A DNA stretch of 64,000 nucleotides from Planctomycetota bacterium (GTDB lineage Bacteria; Planctomycetota; B15-G4): assembly GCA_038212275.1 (NCBI GenBank), contig JBBQUR010000001.1, positions 160,001 through 224,000 on the forward strand, given 5' to 3'. The notes under the pieces were generated by a model. The model was given only the letters and a program-made list of their open reading frames with translations, was not told where the DNA came from and did no database searches. The translations under genes were made by a program, and so were the position numbers. Shown piece by piece: positions 60,198 to 64,000 of the stretch. How positions within the stretch are numbered: the stretch's first letter is position 1; the number at the start of each line of letters is the position of its first letter.

Positions 60198-61361
60198 ATG
60201 GTGCCCGTCCACGGGAGGCTGAGCGAGCAGCAGCTTTACAGCGTGCTCGCGAATGCGCCGCATCCGGTCTGGGTGAAGGACCTGGAGGGCCGTTACACCC
60301 TCGTGAACCGCGCCTTCGAGCTGGCCTTCGGGGTGCGCGAACCCGATGTGCTCGGGCGTACGGCGGACGAGATCCTGCCGGTGTCGATGGCGTCGCGAGC
60401 GCGCGACCAGGACGCGGCCGTACTGGCCACCTGTTCGAGCACTGTGTCCGAGGAGAGTACCGAGCTGGACGGCGTCGGCATCGAGGCCGTCATCGTGCGC
60501 TTTCCGATCTTCGACGAGCAGGGCGCCGTCGTCGCAGTGGGCGGGATCGCCACCGACGTCACGCGGCAGGCGCGCGCGCATCGCCAGCTCCACGAAATGC
60601 ACAGCCAGCTGCAGCAGAACCAGCGCCTGCAGTCCCTGGGTGCTCTGGCCAACGGCATCGTGCACGACTTCAACAACATCCTGCTGGCGATCTCGGGCTA
60701 CACGGAGCTGGCTCGCCGGAGCCTGCCCGCGGATCACGATGCGCAGGCGATGCTCGCGGAGGCGCTCGGAGCCGCCGGCCGCGCTCGCGAGTTGATCACG
60801 CGGCTGGCAGACTTCGGCCGGCAGGATCAGCCGCAGCGCGTTCCCCTGCCGCTGCATGACATCGTCGACGAGGCGCTGCGTCTGCTGTCGGTCACAGCCT
60901 CATCGCACGTGGCCATCCGCGGGCCGCGCCGGGTGTCGTCGTTGCAGGCCGTGCCCGCGGTGCTCGGCGACTCGACGCAACTGCTGCAGGTCGTCATGAA
61001 CCTCTGCGTGAACGCCCTGCACGCGATGCCCGACGGCGGCACGCTCGACGTGCGGATCGACGAGCGCGATGCGCCGGCCGATCATGGCATGACGCTGCAG
61101 GCCTCGTCCTGCGTGGTGCTGACGGTCTCGGACACGGGGGTCGGCATGGACGAGCGCGTGCTGGCGCATATCTTCGATCCGCACTTCACGACGAAGCCGC
61201 GCGGACAGGGCAGCGGACTCGGTCTCGCCGTCGTGCGCGGCATTGTCGAGGCCCACGCCGGCGAGATCCGCGTCGAGAGCACTCCGGGACGCGGCACGCG
61301 TTTCGAGGTGTGGCTTCCGGCGGAACCCGTCTATTCCGCCGCGAGCGACGGCGTGCACTGA
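60198..61361 (+). CDS. Cytoplasmic PAS sensor histidine kinase
   Basis: WVKDLEGRY..VN, ATDVT, GIVHDFNNIL, NLCVNA, SDTGVGM, FDPHFTTK, GSGLGL. Confidence 0.92.
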   Translation: MVPVHGRLSEQQLYSVLANAPHPVWVKDLEGRYTLVNRAFELAFGVREPDVLGRTADEILPVSMASRARDQDAAVLATCSSTVSEESTELDGVGIEAVIVRFPIFDEQGAVVAVGGIATDVTRQARAHRQLHEMHSQLQQNQRLQSLGALANGIVHDFNNILLAISGYTELARRSLPADHDAQAMLAEALGAAGRARELITRLADFGRQDQPQRVPLPLHDIVDEALRLLSVTASSHVAIRGPRRVSSLQAVPAVLGDSTQLLQVVMNLCVNALHAMPDGGTLDVRIDERDAPADHGMTLQASSCVVLTVSDTGVGMDERVLAHIFDPHFTTKPRGQGSGLGLAVVRGIVEAHAGEIRVESTPGRGTRFEVWLPAEPVYSAASDGVH

Positions 61362-61389
61362 GCCGGAGTTCGGCGCGCGGCGCCGCGGT

Positions 61390-63312
61390 TCACTCCACGA
61401 CGAAGCCCAGCAGCGACGTCAGGTCGCAGCGATTGCCCTGCGGTACGCCGATGGTCTGCATGTAGATCGTGAGGCCGAGCACCCCGGGCAGCGCGCCCGG
61501 CGCCGGCATGGGGAGGTTCAACACCATCTCGCCGTTGCTCGCGAACGCGGCCGGGAACAGGTCGATCTGGTCGATGAGCCACCACGGCCCGAACTTGGTG
61601 TCCAGCGGCTGCTGCGGCGCGAAGGGCGGCTGGCCAATGGCGAACGGCGTTGCGAAGGTGAGATTCGCGACTCCCGGAGTGCCGTGGGATCGCAGCTTGA
61701 GCATGCCGCCTTCCGCCACCGGTCCCAGCGCCTGGATGAAGTGGCATCCGCCGTAGAGGACGACGGTCTCGCCCGCTTCGGCGCCCGCCGTCGGGTCGCC
61801 GCCCGGAGCGCCGATGAGCATGTCCGCGAAGCCGTCGTTGTTGAGGTCGCCGGCAAAGGCCACCGCGTAGCCAGCCGTGTCCGAACTGGTCGCGCCGTAC
61901 AGGACCGTGCCACGTGCGTTGATGGCAGACAGCGCAAACGGAGTGGGCAGCGAAGGGCCTCCCTCGATCAGGTAGACCTCGCCGGAGGCGTTGAGGCCGT
62001 TGGCGTCGCCGTTCGACGCGCCGATGAGCAGGTCTGCGTAGCCGTCGCCGTTCATGTCGCCGCCGGCGGCGACCGCAGTGCCCGAGCGGTCTCCGGGCGG
62101 GCCATTGGTGGCGTCGCCGTCGATGCCCGTGAACAGCACGCCCGCGACGCTGGTGCCGACGTTTGCCGCCTCGATCGTGCCCGGAAAGCTGGTGCTGCCG
62201 TAGATCAGGTAGGAGCGGCCCGCATTGACACCCGTCCCCACGGCCGGGTCGCCCAGCGGGGCGCCTACGAGGATGTCGTCGAGGTCGTCGCCATTCACGT
62301 CGCCGGCTCCTTCGAGCTTCGCGCCGAAGGTGTCACCGCCGCTCTGGCCGTTGATGGTCACGCCTGCCGCGCCCAGCGAGGCGAGCGCAATCGTTGCCGG
62401 CAGCGTGGTGCTGCCGTAGACGATCCAGGCTCGTCCGGCGTCCGTCTTGCCGGGCAGGTCGGAGACCGGGGCGCCGATGAGCAGGTCGGGAATGAGGTCG
62501 CCGTTCACGTCGCCCGCCGCGCCCACCGCATCGCCTGACATCTCGCTCGTCGCGGTGCCGCGGATGATCACGCCGCCGGCGCCGAGAGCTGACAGTTCGA
62601 TGGTGGCCGGCAGCGACGCGCCTCCGTAGATCAGGTACGTCGCGCCCGCGAAGTTCATCGCGCCGTTCTCCGCGCCCCGCGCGCCGATGAGCATGTCGTC
62701 GAAGCCGTCGTCATTGATGTCGCCGGGCGAGGCCAGCGAGGTGCCTGCCTGGTCGGACGAATTTGCGCCGTTGATCACGACGCCGCCGGTGAACGTGGAG
62801 AGGTTGTAGGTGCCGGTCAGCGAGGCGCTGCCATAGACGAGGTAGACGCGACCGGAGCCGGTGTTGCCATTGGTCTTCGCGTTCGGCGCACCGATGAGGA
62901 AGTCGTCGAAGCCGTCGTTGTTGACGTCGCCCGCCGCGGAGACCGCGAAGCCCGTCTGCCAGCCGACGAGGCCGATGTCTTCTCCCACGAAGGTCGCGCC
63001 GCCGGAGGACAGGTTGTGCACGCCCGTGGTTCCGAGCCCGCCGTAGACGAGGTAGACGCGGCCCACGCTGTCGGCGTTCACCGTGTCCCACTCGAAGGCG
63101 CCGACCAGAAAGTCGTCGAATCCGTCGTTGTTCACGTCACCTGCGCGAGCGACGGCGGAACCGCTGCGGCTGTTGACCGCCTCGCCGCCCCAGGTCGCGC
63201 CGGAGAGGCGCAGCCACGCGAGCTCCAGGGGCTTGTTCTGCGTGGATGCCGGCTGGGCGATGAAGCCGAGCGCTGCGAGGCTGAAGGACACGATGAAGAG
63301 GCGCGGGCGCAT
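61390..63312 (-). CDS. Secreted FG-GAP (integrin-alpha-like) repeat protein
   Basis: Signal peptide; seven G..V..AGD(V/I/M/L)N.DG..D.LIGA repeats followed by GR.YL.YG. Confidence 0.93.
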   Translation of the reverse strand: MRPRLFIVSFSLAALGFIAQPASTQNKPLELAWLRLSGATWGGEAVNSRSGSAVARAGDVNNDGFDDFLVGAFEWDTVNADSVGRVYLVYGGLGTTGVHNLSSGGATFVGEDIGLVGWQTGFAVSAAGDVNNDGFDDFLIGAPNAKTNGNTGSGRVYLVYGSASLTGTYNLSTFTGGVVINGANSSDQAGTSLASPGDINDDGFDDMLIGARGAENGAMNFAGATYLIYGGASLPATIELSALGAGGVIIRGTATSEMSGDAVGAAGDVNGDLIPDLLIGAPVSDLPGKTDAGRAWIVYGSTTLPATIALASLGAAGVTINGQSGGDTFGAKLEGAGDVNGDDLDDILVGAPLGDPAVGTGVNAGRSYLIYGSTSFPGTIEAANVGTSVAGVLFTGIDGDATNGPPGDRSGTAVAAGGDMNGDGYADLLIGASNGDANGLNASGEVYLIEGGPSLPTPFALSAINARGTVLYGATSSDTAGYAVAFAGDLNNDGFADMLIGAPGGDPTAGAEAGETVVLYGGCHFIQALGPVAEGGMLKLRSHGTPGVANLTFATPFAIGQPPFAPQQPLDTKFGPWWLIDQIDLFPAAFASNGEMVLNLPMPAPGALPGVLGLTIYMQTIGVPQGNRCDLTSLLGFVVE

Positions 63313-63523
63313 TCAAATCTCCTGCAAGTCGGGACAGTTGGCGGCGGAAGGGACATTCCCCGGCCGCGATGAGCTGCGGTCGCGCCGGCGATGCCCATCG
63401 AGGGGGCTGCACGTCAGCCTCTTCCCCCGTGCAACGGTCAGCTCTGCCGAACCCTCGCGGCCCTGCCGTGCCTGGCAGCCGTCGGGTGCACAAGCTGCGC
63501 TGCGCGCGGGCTCGATTCAATTG

Positions 63524-63555
63524 CTGTCCACAGCTTGTTCACAGATTGTGGAAAC
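63524..63555. promoter_or_regulatory. Cluster of three DnaA-box-like nonamers
   Basis: CTGTCCACA 63524, TTGTTCACA 63535, inverted TGTGGAAAC 63547, in a relatively AT-rich divergent intergenic region. Confidence 0.55.
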
Positions 63556-63798
63556 ATCCCGATGGGCCGATATGACTTCGTCGGAGCCAATGAATCGACG
63601 TTGCAGGGGACTGGCCGCGCCATGTTTGCACACGTGAGCAGGAGCAACGACGGCCGGGCCGGCGGCGAGTGCGCGCCCGTCCACGGCGCATCAGAAATTG
63701 GGCCGGCCGCAGGCCAGCCCGCGCGTGAAGCGGACCGTGCTGTCTCCTAACATGCGGCGCGCGGTGCGTTCGTCGCCGCCACAGTGGCGGAGGTGACG

Positions 63799-64000
63799 AT
63801 GCGGCATGGCGTCCTGCGTGTATCAGCCGGGCTTCTGCTCGGGTGTTGTCTGGCGGCCTGCGCCAGCGAGGAACTGGCGCCGAAGCGGACGGTGCAGCCG
63901 ATGGTGCCCGCCGGCATCGATGGCCTGCCAAAGGCCGTCCTCGTAGGCGATGACGTGGTGCTCGCCGACCAGCCCAGCCCCGCCCAGCTCTCGAACCTGA
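63799..64000 (+). CDS. Lipoprotein, partial (runs off the window; absent from ORF track)
   Basis: GGAGGTG RBS, then MRHGVLRVSAGLLLGCCLAAC...DDVVLADQPSPAQLSNL; LAAC lipobox. Confidence 0.65.
   Translation, partial: MRHGVLRVSAGLLLGCCLAACASEELAPKRTVQPMVPAGIDGLPKAVLVGDDVVLADQPSPAQLSNL

Noticed and set aside
63566..63573. GCCGATAT as a third sigma-28 promoter
   Set aside because: No TAAA/TCAA-like -35 element at 15-16 bp spacing

Overview
High-GC, gene-dense bacterial chromosome segment, probably Planctomycetota/PVC (inferred from a ~727-aa GreA, a FliA/WhiG sigma outside any flagellar cluster, large secreted sulfatase-like and FG-GAP proteins, and an FHA protein). I found no rRNA, tRNA, CRISPR array or mobile element. 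It carries housekeeping genes (lepB partial, lepA, rdgB, rph, birA, apt, argS, queF, thiO, fabI, ygfZ, mutY, deoC) and an acyl-CoA/B12 mutase operon. That mutase has isobutyryl-CoA-mutase residues, while its small subunit lacks the cobalt-ligating His. There are also two-component kinases and a decayed cytochrome c gene behind an FNR-like box. The most interesting region is 38985-49237. It is a sat-cysC (PAPS-forming) operon with no reductase or canonical sulfotransferase. Instead it has three alkaline-phosphatase-superfamily enzymes predicted on both sides of the membrane, an Oxa1/EMC3-like membrane protein, two tiny ribbon-helix-helix proteins and two divergent lipoproteins. Six proteins of three unrelated folds end in the same LxxLGY tail, and CysC ends in a Tyr-less variant of it. 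One enzyme has a YIGPG tyrosine at its predicted mature N-terminus. My hypothesis, untested, is a tyrosine-carrier relay that moves activated sulfate across the membrane. All calls come from reading motifs by eye; no database searches were run.
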